A DNA stretch of 64,000 nucleotides from Pseudomonadota bacterium (lineage in GTDB: Bacteria > Campylobacterota > Campylobacteria > Campylobacterales > Sulfurimonadaceae). Shown here piece after piece: positions 19,652-28,884 of the stretch. Under the pieces are notes generated by a model. It did no database searches. It was not told the DNA's origin and worked only from the letters and a program-made list of their open reading frames with translations. The first letter of the stretch is position 1, and each line of letters opens with the position of its first letter. Made by a program: the position numbers and the translations under genes. The DNA lies in the NCBI GenBank assembly GCA_043797085.1, contig JAZDQA010000010.1:32001-96000 (forward strand). Direction: 5' to 3'.

Positions 19652-20210
19652 CAATCTCATCTGCACACCATTGCGCAAGATGTTGATCGTGTGTGATAAG
19701 CAAAACTCCCATCCCCTCTAAATGTTCCACAATCAGTTTCATAATATCAAGCTGATTTAGATTATCAAGCGCCGAAGTCGGCTCATCGAGAAGTAAGAGC
19801 TGCGGCTTCATAAGCAGTGCACGTAAAATCGAACACCGTTGCAGTTGACCGCCGGAAAGTTTATGAGGGAGTGCCTCCAAATGCGATTCATCCAAACCCA
19901 TTTGAGACAATAATACTTCGTATCCTTCCATCGATACGACATCTGCTATTTGTTCACGAATGGTATACGTGGGATGAAATGAGCTATACGGGTCTTGAAA
20001 TACCTGCGAGAGTGCAAGAGACTCAATCTTTCCTTTGTGAGGCTTCAAACGCCCTAAAATTAGTTCAAACAGCGTTGATTTTCCTACACCGCTGGGACCT
20101 ACTATTGCTTTTATTTCGCCTTTGTTCAGGGTTAAAGAAAAATTCTCAAAGAGCAGCATCTCTTTTTTATATCCAAAAGAGATATTATCAACATCTAAAA
20201 CGCACTTCAA
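19632..20210 (-). CDS. ABC transporter ATP-binding protein (no adjacent permease)
   Basis: GPSGVGKS, VFQDP, LSGGQ, LDEPTSALD. Confidence 0.9.
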   Translation of the reverse strand: MKCVLDVDNISFGYKKEMLLFENFSLTLNKGEIKAIVGPSGVGKSTLFELILGRLKPHKGKIESLALSQVFQDPYSSFHPTYTIREQIADVVSMEGYEVLLSQMGLDESHLEALPHKLSGGQLQRCSILRALLMKPQLLLLDEPTSALDNLNQLDIMKLIVEHLEGMGVLLITHDQHLAQWCADEIVTLATA

Positions 20211-21439
20211 CGAATTTGACCTTTGCCATACACTTTGTATTTGTACGTCGTTAATCCCTCAACACCCATCGGTCCTCGTGCATGAAGCTTGTTGGTACTG
20301 ATCCCCACTTCGGCTCCGAATCCAAATGCTCCTCCATCCGTAAAACGTGTTGAAGCGTTGACGTATACCGCTGCCGCATCGATTGCATCCATAAAACGCT
20401 CTGCGATTGTAATATTCTCCGTAATAATCGCTTCAGAGTGACCCGAACCAAAACGGACGATATGCGCAATCGCCCCCTCTACCCCATCAACCACGCGAAT
20501 ATTAAGAATATTGGCAAGATATTCGGTATCATAATCTTCTTCAGTAGCTTCCGCCACATCGACGATCTCGCGCGTCAAGTCACACCCTTTCAGTTGCGTA
20601 CGAGCATGGTCAAATGCTTCTTTTAAAATCGGCAATAAAGTCGGAGCAATCCTTTCATCAACCAGTAAAGTTTCCATCGAATTGCATACACCCGGACGCT
20701 GAACTTTTGCATTCAGTGCAATGGCAATGGCATTTTCGATATTTGCTTCTGCATGTATATAAGTATGACATAGCCCTTTATCGTGCTTAACAACCGGAAC
20801 ACTAGAATTTTGGCTCACATAACGGATAAGCCCCTCGCCTCCACGCGGGACGATCAAATCCACATAACGGTCCATCTTGATAAGTTTCGCCACCCCTTCA
20901 CGCGAAGAGTCAGGAAGAAGGGCTATGAGTTCTTTTGGGAGATTATTACGGATCAAAACTGCTTGCAATACTTCTGCTATCGCAATATTGGAAAGTTCTG
21001 CTTCCTTGCCTCCTTTTAGAACACATCCGTTTGAGCTTTTAAAACACAATGCCGCCGTATCCGAAGTGACGTTCGGGCGCGATTCATAGATGATCCCAAT
21101 GACACCGATAGGGATACTCACTTTTTCGATTTTGAGTCCCGCTTCAGTCACCCAGCCCTCAAGCACACGACCTACGGGATCTTTGAGTGCGGCAATCTCT
21201 TCAATCGCAACCGCCATCGCATCAATGCGTTTTTCATCCAATAGTAAACGCTCTTTCAACGAAGAGGTCAAATTTTCCTCTTGGGCATGGCGCATGTCCA
21301 CGGCATTCGCTTCAAGTATATTCATAGTGTTGGCACGTAAACTTTCTGCCATCTCACGTAAAATTCGGTTACGTTCACTTCCCGCCATGGTTGCTAAAAC
21401 ACGGCTTGCTGATTTTGCTTTTTCTAAAAATTGTTCCAT
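20207..21439 (-). CDS. proA: Gamma-glutamyl phosphate reductase
   Basis: IIYESRPNVT, LKGGKEA, CNSMETLL, VNASTRFTDG, KLHARGPMG. Confidence 0.97.
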   Translation of the reverse strand: MEQFLEKAKSASRVLATMAGSERNRILREMAESLRANTMNILEANAVDMRHAQEENLTSSLKERLLLDEKRIDAMAVAIEEIAALKDPVGRVLEGWVTEAGLKIEKVSIPIGVIGIIYESRPNVTSDTAALCFKSSNGCVLKGGKEAELSNIAIAEVLQAVLIRNNLPKELIALLPDSSREGVAKLIKMDRYVDLIVPRGGEGLIRYVSQNSSVPVVKHDKGLCHTYIHAEANIENAIAIALNAKVQRPGVCNSMETLLVDERIAPTLLPILKEAFDHARTQLKGCDLTREIVDVAEATEEDYDTEYLANILNIRVVDGVEGAIAHIVRFGSGHSEAIITENITIAERFMDAIDAAAVYVNASTRFTDGGAFGFGAEVGISTNKLHARGPMGVEGLTTYKYKVYGKGQIR

Positions 21440-21468
21440 TTATTTATCCTTCGTACAACGTATACGTA

Positions 21469-22389
21469 TTAATTTATCTCATTGTTAATAAATGCAGAAA
21501 GTTGAGAAAAGTTTTTACTCTCAATCAATTTCTCCATCGTCGTGATCACATTGCTTTTACGGAAATTTTTCTCATACCGTAATACCTCATTCATCAAATC
21601 GTGACAACGAGAAGCATCTTTAGCCTCCGCTGCGTCTTTAAGCTCTTTGAGTATCGTCATGAAAAAGATATTCTTTTTGAGACGATAAAAAATATCATTC
21701 TCTTCCGATTGAGAATGAACAGTAACACTAATTTCCGGTAATTCTACCTCTTCCGATACAATTTCCTCCATATCGTTTACTTCTAAAATCTCTTTTTCGC
21801 TTTGCGTAGACGATGACACTTGAGTAGGAGCTCGACGTTTAAACACACGAAATAATACGGCTGTCAAAACAAGTACTCCTGTAATAATAATCCAAAACGG
21901 CACAATTTTTTCTTCATCATTCATCGGAGGATTTTTTGCTTCTATTGTTTTTACTTCAGGACGCTTTTCAACTTTTTGTATAATAGAACGATTAACGTCT
22001 TCAACGACAGGAGCTATTTGAGCATGTTCTAAAACAATAGCACCCTTAGTCGGACCAAAATAGCTATTGCTGTATGCATCAGGATAAAGATGTTCAAACT
22101 GCTTTATAACTTGATCTGTAATAGCTTTAGTCTCTAATGGCTCAATCGCAAGAATAAATGCTTTTCCTGAAGAGCGTGCTACAATCTCGTAGTGATATTT
22201 TTCTTGGATAGCACGCTCATTGACCCCTAGCTTACCATCTAAACTTGCAAGCTTAGATTTCGCCTCATCAAATGTTGGAAAAGATGCCAAAACAACCTTA
22301 TATCCTTTTGCTTCGCTTGCATATCCATAAACAGCTGACAAAATAACCAGCCAGCCGATCATCCATACTTTGAATCCATATTTCATCAT
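21469..22389 (-). CDS. Hypothetical bitopic protein: signal peptide, SPOR-like periplasmic domain, TM, acidic cytoplasmic region
   Basis: YKVVLASF..EA and YPDAY resemble SPOR repeats; TM at IVPFWIIITGVLVLTAVLF. Confidence 0.6.
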   Translation of the reverse strand: MMKYGFKVWMIGWLVILSAVYGYASEAKGYKVVLASFPTFDEAKSKLASLDGKLGVNERAIQEKYHYEIVARSSGKAFILAIEPLETKAITDQVIKQFEHLYPDAYSNSYFGPTKGAIVLEHAQIAPVVEDVNRSIIQKVEKRPEVKTIEAKNPPMNDEEKIVPFWIIITGVLVLTAVLFRVFKRRAPTQVSSSTQSEKEILEVNDMEEIVSEEVELPEISVTVHSQSEENDIFYRLKKNIFFMTILKELKDAAEAKDASRCHDLMNEVLRYEKNFRKSNVITTMEKLIESKNFSQLSAFINNEIN

Positions 22390-23612
22390 TGCTCCATTGC
22401 TTTTTCGAAGGCATTAACCTTCTCCATTACAGTTTGTATTAAAGGCTCTATTATCGCATATTTTAGCCCTTTCTCAGCCAAGAATGCTTCTATTGACTCC
22501 GTATCAAAAAGCTCAATGGATCGAACCAAGTCAAGTAATTCTCCATAAAACCCTATACCGTCCAGCACAGCATCTTCAATCTCATACGCGATATTAAGTT
22601 TCGAAAGCACGTCTCTTTGAGGCATATTGAAAAGTAAATGGATAAGTGAAAGCATCCCTGTAAAGTAGGCTTTTGAGATATCCTCCTTAGAGGCTTTTGG
22701 ATTTAGCATACGCACCAAAGCAGACATCATCTCTGTGCGATTCACCACCATCAGTAACAATGGAGCTCTCTGCGGAGTTTGGCTTTGTGCATCTGAAAAC
22801 ATCATCAGCATAATCCAGTTTGAAATCGGGTCACGACCCATCAAAGTAAGAACTTGTTTCATGGATGAAACCGGATTTTTGAGTGAAAAAGCAGCCGAAT
22901 TGATAAAACGAAGAAGTTTTAGGCTAATGGCATGGTTGCTTTGAAATGCATCCACAAGTTCAGGTATTTCAATCTCGCTTTGTAATAAATTCCATAAATG
23001 AAAAATTCCCTCTTGCTCGGCAGAAAATGAAATGTTTTTAATGATATTTGGCTCAGAAATAAAATAGCCCTGAAAAGCATCCAAGCCTATCGATAAACAC
23101 AACTCATACATCTCGTGAGTCTCAATTTTTGTACCGATCACCTGAATACCCACCTCATGAAGAAGTGAAATACTGCGCCCTACCTGAGATAAATCACTGC
23201 GAGAAGCATCGATTTTCAGGTAGCTTAAAAAAGGTAAGATCAACGCATATTTTTGAATAGTCTCATCATCATAAATACACTCATTAAGTGCAAAAAAGTA
23301 CCCTTGCGCCTTTAATGAGAGCATTCTTTCGACCAGTGCTTCATCGATTACCGTATCTGCAAAGAGTGAATAAACGACTTTATCATTCGGAAGCAAATCA
23401 ATTACATCATAATCAAGAAACTCTCGATTCACTCGAATAAATCCAATATGTTTGCCTAAGACGGTCTCCATCGAGACCAATAAATTACTAATAACAGCAG
23501 CGGTAAAACCATTATCATCATTATGTCCTGATTCACGGTAAAGCAAGTCGTACGCAACAATTCTGGCTTTTGCATTGATAATAGGCTGGCGTCCGAGATA
23601 TCTATCGCTCAT
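22386..23612 (-). CDS. EAL/HDOD domain protein (degenerate EAL)
   Basis: GRQPI...YDLLYR, KIETHE, FQGYF; HDOD KLLRFINSA and YFTGMLS. Confidence 0.88.
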   Translation of the reverse strand: MSDRYLGRQPIINAKARIVAYDLLYRESGHNDDNGFTAAVISNLLVSMETVLGKHIGFIRVNREFLDYDVIDLLPNDKVVYSLFADTVIDEALVERMLSLKAQGYFFALNECIYDDETIQKYALILPFLSYLKIDASRSDLSQVGRSISLLHEVGIQVIGTKIETHEMYELCLSIGLDAFQGYFISEPNIIKNISFSAEQEGIFHLWNLLQSEIEIPELVDAFQSNHAISLKLLRFINSAAFSLKNPVSSMKQVLTLMGRDPISNWIMLMMFSDAQSQTPQRAPLLLMVVNRTEMMSALVRMLNPKASKEDISKAYFTGMLSLIHLLFNMPQRDVLSKLNIAYEIEDAVLDGIGFYGELLDLVRSIELFDTESIEAFLAEKGLKYAIIEPLIQTVMEKVNAFEKAMEQ

Positions 23613-23641
23613 ATATGTCCAAAAATAGTTAATTATAAAGA

Positions 23642-24763
23642 TTATAACAAAGGTTGACTGGGGTTATCTAAAAGAGGAAAATACGCTCTAATATCGTCCA
23701 TTAATCTATCCAGTTGGATCTTGTACTGGTCGAAAAGGCTAAAGTAGCTCTGTTCGTCTGTGTCACTAAGAGCTAGTTTCATGCTTGAAGCAATCTCATA
23801 AAGGGGGTACGCACCGATATTTGCAGTTATACCGATAATATCAAGAAGTAATGCATCAGCAGCTTTAAGATTATTAGAGCGCAAAAATTCTCCCAACTTG
23901 TCAGAAGAATTGGCATAGTCACTCATAACCTCTGATAAGATTTCACAGTAAAAATCCTCATCTCCTCCACACGCTTGAAGCCCTTTATCAGCATCTAAAT
24001 TGTTGGTCATTATAACTTCGATAAACTCATCTTTATGCGTTACTTTACCTGCATAGGCATAAATAATTTTATAGAGAGATTCCATTCTCAGAGGTTTTTC
24101 TAGATGTTCGGACATTCCTGCATCTTTCATTTTATGTATGTCATCCGATGCAGTATCACCACTAAGAGCGACTACTACGATGTGATCATATTGTGGATTT
24201 TCTCGAATAATGTGTGTTGCTTGGAAACCATCCACTCTTGGCATGTGGGCATCCATTAAAATCATTAGGAAATTGGTATCATTTTCGAGTATATCCAAAG
24301 CTTCCTGACCATCATTAGCTAACACTAACTCTATACCGCTTCCCGCTAAAAGACCCACGAGAACTTTTTGGTTAATTAGGTTATCTTCGGCAACCAATAT
24401 TCTCTCACCCGCAAATTCTGCAAAATTTTGTTTGGTGATTTTTCCATGCGCGGGAACGGATCGTTTTTGGATTACCGTGTCACTTTTTCTTCTACTCGTT
24501 ACGTCATTATCGTCGAGAGATGGTTCTATAACTTCAACATCTTCTTCTTTTTCATCTAAAGGAATCTCCAAAAGTGGCGCTTCTTGTATCTCTGGAATTA
24601 TTTCTATCTTCTCTTCGGTAGCTATTTCCTGTATATAATTCTTCTCTGATACATTACTATGAGCTTGTGGGGCTGAGCATCTTTTTAAAATAAGGTAAAA
24701 AATTATAATACCTTCCACTATGGCTATAGTGACAATAATCCCTTGTTGAAATTCATTAAACAT
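23642..24763 (-). CDS. Membrane-anchored response regulator (TM-REC-HPt-like), paralog 2
   Basis: N-terminal TM; VAEDN, LMDAHMP, EKP; C-terminal GL..CGGDEDFY HPt-like helices. Confidence 0.85.
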   Translation of the reverse strand: MFNEFQQGIIVTIAIVEGIIIFYLILKRCSAPQAHSNVSEKNYIQEIATEEKIEIIPEIQEAPLLEIPLDEKEEDVEVIEPSLDDNDVTSRRKSDTVIQKRSVPAHGKITKQNFAEFAGERILVAEDNLINQKVLVGLLAGSGIELVLANDGQEALDILENDTNFLMILMDAHMPRVDGFQATHIIRENPQYDHIVVVALSGDTASDDIHKMKDAGMSEHLEKPLRMESLYKIIYAYAGKVTHKDEFIEVIMTNNLDADKGLQACGGDEDFYCEILSEVMSDYANSSDKLGEFLRSNNLKAADALLLDIIGITANIGAYPLYEIASSMKLALSDTDEQSYFSLFDQYKIQLDRLMDDIRAYFPLLDNPSQPLL

Positions 24764-24898
24764 TAGAAACTCTTTTTTTTTCTTTTATCATACACTATTA
24801 ATTCAAATTTTTACACGAAAATTATAGATGTACCAAGGAGAACTTAAACCTCATGAAATAATACTCAAGGATTTAGGTCAATAAATAAGATAGAATCA

Positions 24899-26002
24899 TC
24901 AAAGATACTCTCTAATATCTTCTATTAATCTATCCAATTTGACCTTGTACTGATCGAAAAGGATAAAATAACTCCGTTCGTGAGTATCACTGAGAGCCAG
25001 TTTCATGGTTGAAGCAATTTCACGCAGTGAGTCTGCCCCAATATTTGCAGTTACCCCGATAATATCCAAAAGGTATGCATCAGCATCATGGAGATTATTC
25101 GAGCGTAAAAGTTCTCCTAACTTGTCAGAAGAATTGGCATAGTCGCTCATAAACTCGGATAAGATTTCACGGTAAAAATCCTCATCTCCGCCACATGTCT
25201 GAAGTCCTTTGTCCATATCTAAATTCTCTCTCATTACAGTTTCTGCAGGCTCACTTACAGGAGTTTCTTTGCCTGTATACGCATAGATGATTTTGTATAG
25301 AGATTCCATCCTTAGAGGCTTTTCTAGCTGTTCAGACATTCCTGCATTCTTCATTTTTTGTATGTCATCCGATGCAGTGTCTCCACTAAGCGCGACTACT
25401 ACAATATGATCATATTGTGAATTTTCACGAATAATACGTGTTGCTTGAAAGCCATCCACTCTTGGCATGTGGGCATCCATTAAAATCATCAAAAAATTCG
25501 TGTCATTTTCAAGTATATCTAGAGCTTCCTGCCCATCATTGGCCATGACTAGCTCTATACCGCTTCCAGCCAAAAGACCCAAAAGAACTTTTTGGTTGAT
25601 GATATTATCTTCTGCAACCAATATCCTCTCACCGGCGAATTCAGAAAAATTTTGTTTTGTAATTTTTCCATGCTCTGGAACAGATCGTTTTTGAATTGTC
25701 TTGTCATTTTTTCTTCTATCCGTTAACGTTTTATCTTCTGGAGTTGGAGTTATGACGCCAAAGTCTCCTTCTTCTGTTCCATATAAAGAAATTTCTGAAA
25801 GTTGCTCTATTTTTGGTTCTTCTTTTATCTCTGGAACAGTTTCTACTTTCTCTTCGATAGATACTTCCGGACTATCATTTTTTTCTGATACATTACTATG
25901 AGTTTGTGGGGCTGAGTTTCTTTTTAAAATAAAGTAAACAACTAAAATACCTACCACTATGGCTACGGTGATTATAATCCCTTGTTCATATTCATTAAAC
26001 AT
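24899..26002 (-). CDS. Membrane-anchored response regulator (TM-REC-HPt-like), paralog 1
   Basis: Same architecture; REC and HPt-like domains nearly identical to the 23642-24763 protein. Confidence 0.85.
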   Translation of the reverse strand: MFNEYEQGIIITVAIVVGILVVYFILKRNSAPQTHSNVSEKNDSPEVSIEEKVETVPEIKEEPKIEQLSEISLYGTEEGDFGVITPTPEDKTLTDRRKNDKTIQKRSVPEHGKITKQNFSEFAGERILVAEDNIINQKVLLGLLAGSGIELVMANDGQEALDILENDTNFLMILMDAHMPRVDGFQATRIIRENSQYDHIVVVALSGDTASDDIQKMKNAGMSEQLEKPLRMESLYKIIYAYTGKETPVSEPAETVMRENLDMDKGLQTCGGDEDFYREILSEFMSDYANSSDKLGELLRSNNLHDADAYLLDIIGVTANIGADSLREIASTMKLALSDTHERSYFILFDQYKVKLDRLIEDIREYL

Positions 26003-26137
26003 TAGATACTCTCTTTTTTCTTTATATCATACAATTTTTTGCTTATAAAAACAATACAGGTTTTAGAAAATAGTTTTATCATAGAGACGATAAACGTGAA
26101 GGAAAGGAAATAAATTAAGAGAGAAAAGATGGAGTCA

Positions 26138-26169
26138 CCCGCGAGGGGCACAATGCCCGCCGAAACGGG
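26138..26169 (-). terminator. Putative dnaK terminator (GC-rich imperfect hairpin)
   Basis: Minus strand CCCG...GGGCA-TTG-TGCCC...CGGG followed by a pyrimidine tract. Confidence 0.4.
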
Positions 26170-26182
26170 ATAGGAGGAAAAA

Positions 26183-28057
26183 TTACTCGATTTCTGCGTC
26201 GATGACGTCGTCATCTTTTTTAGCAGCAGGTGCAGCTTCACCCTCTTCTTTTTGTTTGTACATTTGCTCTGCCATTTTGTGGCTTGCATCGGCTAGTTTT
26301 TTCGTTGCAGCTTCGATTTGCTCTTTGGTTGCATCCGTATCTTTTAGGATAGCTTTTAGTTCCGCTAGTGCTTCTTCGATTGCAGCTTTTTCAGATGCGT
26401 CGATTTTATCACCCATCTCTTCGAGACTTTTTTCGGTTTGGCTTGCCAACGCATCAGCTTGATTACGTAAATCAACGATCTCTTTACGTTTAGCATCTTC
26501 TGCTTTGTGGTTTTCAGCGTCTTGAACCATTTTGTTGATCTCTTCTTCACTCAATCCGCTTGACCCAGTGATTTTGATCTCTTGAGATTTACCTGTCCCT
26601 TTATCACTTGCTGATACCGTCAAGATACCGTTTGCATCGATGTCAAACGTTACTTCGATTTGTGGTACACCGCGTCGTGCAGCAGGAATACCGGTAAGCT
26701 CAAATAGACCCAATGATTTGTTATCGCGGGCAAACTCACGCTCACCTTGACCTACTGAAATGCTAACTGCCGGTTGATTATCTTCTGCAGTTGAAAACAC
26801 TTGTGATTTCTTAACAGGGATAGTCGTCCCTTTTTCGATGATTTTTGTCATAACACCGCCAAGAGTTTCAATACCAAGTGAAAGTGGTGTAACGTCAAGA
26901 AGAAGTACGTCTTTTACATCTCCTCGAAGAACTCCGCCTTGGATTGCCGCGCCTGCTGCTACGACCTCATCTGGATTAACTCCACGGTTAAGTGTTTTTC
27001 CGCCGAACTCATCCGATACCATTTTTTGTGCAATAGGAAGACGTGTTGATCCACCAACCATAATGATTTCATTGATCTCATTTTTGCTAAGACCTGCGTC
27101 TTTCATTGCAGTTTTGATGTGACTGATCGTCTCTTTGATCATGTCATCAATCATCCCTTCAAATTTTGCACGAGTCAGTTTGACAACCAAGTGTTTTGGT
27201 CCTGATGCATCTGCCGTGATAAATGGCAAGTTGATCTCTGTCTCTTCTGCACTTGAAAGCTCTTTTTTTGCATTTTCAGCTGCATCTTTAAGACGTTGAA
27301 GCGCCATTTTGTCTGCTTTCAAATCAATACCATGGTCGCTTTTGAACTCATTCGCCAAAAAGTCTACGATTTTATTATCGAAGTCATCCCCACCAAGGAA
27401 TGCATTACCATCGGTTGAAAGAACTTCAAATGTACCTTCTGAAATTTCAAGAACCGTAACGTCGAACGTTCCGCCGCCCAAATCGTAAACAAGAACTTTT
27501 TCATCCGCTTTTGAATCCAACCCGTATGCAAGAGCAGATGCCGTTGGCTCGTTAATGATACGAAGAACGTTCAATCCAGCGATGGTTCCTGCCTCTTTCG
27601 TCGCTTTACGCTGTGCATCATTGAAATACGCAGGTACAGTGATAACCGCATCGGTTACCGATTGACCGAGATACGCTTCTGCATCCGTTTTCAATTTTGA
27701 GAGAATTTTTGCCGAAATCTCTTGTGGTGTGTACACTTTACCTGCAACGTCAACCGCAGCCATACCGTTTTTATCAACGATTTTATAGGTAACTTTGTCG
27801 TGCGCCTCTTTGGCTTTTTCTTCGTTCATCAAAAGACCCATGATACGTTTTACAGAATAAATCGTTTTATCCGGGTTTGTGATCGCTTGACGTTTAGCAG
27901 GATCTCCTACAAGGATTTCCCCTTTATCTGTAAATGCAACTACTGATGGAGTTGTATTTTTTCCCTCTTTATTCGGGATAATTTTCGCTTCGCCGCCCTC
28001 ATAGACAGCAACACATGAATTTGTAGTTCCTAAATCGATTCCAATTACTTTTGACAT
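26183..28057 (-). CDS. dnaK: Chaperone DnaK (Hsp70)
   Basis: [31 protein letters not shown]. Confidence 0.99.
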   Translation of the reverse strand: MSKVIGIDLGTTNSCVAVYEGGEAKIIPNKEGKNTTPSVVAFTDKGEILVGDPAKRQAITNPDKTIYSVKRIMGLLMNEEKAKEAHDKVTYKIVDKNGMAAVDVAGKVYTPQEISAKILSKLKTDAEAYLGQSVTDAVITVPAYFNDAQRKATKEAGTIAGLNVLRIINEPTASALAYGLDSKADEKVLVYDLGGGTFDVTVLEISEGTFEVLSTDGNAFLGGDDFDNKIVDFLANEFKSDHGIDLKADKMALQRLKDAAENAKKELSSAEETEINLPFITADASGPKHLVVKLTRAKFEGMIDDMIKETISHIKTAMKDAGLSKNEINEIIMVGGSTRLPIAQKMVSDEFGGKTLNRGVNPDEVVAAGAAIQGGVLRGDVKDVLLLDVTPLSLGIETLGGVMTKIIEKGTTIPVKKSQVFSTAEDNQPAVSISVGQGEREFARDNKSLGLFELTGIPAARRGVPQIEVTFDIDANGILTVSASDKGTGKSQEIKITGSSGLSEEEINKMVQDAENHKAEDAKRKEIVDLRNQADALASQTEKSLEEMGDKIDASEKAAIEEALAELKAILKDTDATKEQIEAATKKLADASHKMAEQMYKQKEEGEAAPAAKKDDDVIDAEIE

Positions 28058-28098
28058 TTTGAATACCTTTATTTTAATTTATTTTTTCTTTTTTTAAT

Positions 28099-28175
28099 GC
28101 CGATGCCGAAAGCATCGGTGTACTTTAGTGCCTTAGCGGCGAGCGTAGACCATCGGGGCTTTTGCTCCGATGGTC
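28099..28175. repeat. Pair of GC-rich hairpins, one resembling a GTAG-type REP, between grpE and dnaK
   Basis: GCCGATGC-CGAAA-GCATCGGT (28099-28119) and GTAG followed by ACCATCGGGGC-TTTT-GCTCCGATGGTC (28145-28175); both share a CCGATG/CATCGG core. Confidence 0.6.
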
Positions 28176-28182
28176 GTTCAAA

Positions 28183-28722
28183 TCAATTGGCAATTACGAC
28201 CATTGCATCGCGCAATGTACGTTCTTTATATCGAAAACCTTTTTGAAAAGTATTGACGATCTCACCGCTTTCGTGATCAGGACTGTCAACTTTTGAAACG
28301 GCATTGTGAACGTCCGGATTAAACGGCTCGCTCTCATCGACTGCAGTAACACCATGCTTTTCGAGAACACTAAGAAGTTGCTTCATAGTTAACTCAACAC
28401 CCTCTTTGAGCTTTTCAAGCAACACGTTTGCATCTGCTTCACTGCTCGTAGCGCCGATTGCCATTGAAAGCGAATCAACTACCGGGATTAAATCTTTGGC
28501 AAATTTTTCGTTTGCATACTCAAGAGCACTGTATTTTTCACGTTCAAGACGCTTTTTGATATTATCAAAATCAGCATGCACACGTGCATATTTGTCATGT
28601 AACGATGCCAATTGAGCTTGAGCGGTTTCCAATTCATTCATTGGTTCAGCAACGCTTACTTCATCTTCATTTATGACGACTTGCTCTTCACTAACCAATT
28701 CTTCATTTATTTCTGTAGACAT
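28183..28722 (-). CDS. grpE: Nucleotide exchange factor GrpE
   Basis: ADFDNIKKR, FNPDVHNA, QKGFRYKERTLR. Confidence 0.97.
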   Translation of the reverse strand: MSTEINEELVSEEQVVINEDEVSVAEPMNELETAQAQLASLHDKYARVHADFDNIKKRLEREKYSALEYANEKFAKDLIPVVDSLSMAIGATSSEADANVLLEKLKEGVELTMKQLLSVLEKHGVTAVDESEPFNPDVHNAVSKVDSPDHESGEIVNTFQKGFRYKERTLRDAMVVIAN

Positions 28723-28756
28723 AATATTTTAAGCTCCTTTGTTGAAATCCAGCGTA

Positions 28757-28836
28757 ATTATAAACCATTGAGCCCATCATTGTCAAGAGGTATATGATAT
28801 TTTTTACTAAGAATAGTTTAGTCTATTGTTATCAAG
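28757..28836 (-). promoter_or_regulatory. grpE-dnaK sigma70 promoter with two HAIR-like (HspR) operators
   Basis: Minus strand TTGACA (28786-28781), 18 nt, TATAAT (28762-28757). ATTGAGC-N7-TGTCAAG (28767-28787) and GTTTAGT-N7-TATCAAG (28816-28836) each match 10/14 of CTTGAGT-N7-ACTCAAG. Confidence 0.65.
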
Positions 28837-28884
28837 TCTAAAATCACTCTTCTTAATGATATAATAATAGAAAAAGAACAACAA

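Noticed and set aside
26002..26289. 95 aa ORF bridging dnaK and the response regulator
   Set aside because: Out-of-frame overlap with the dnaK 3' end, running through terminator-like and promoter sequence, with no RBS or motif.
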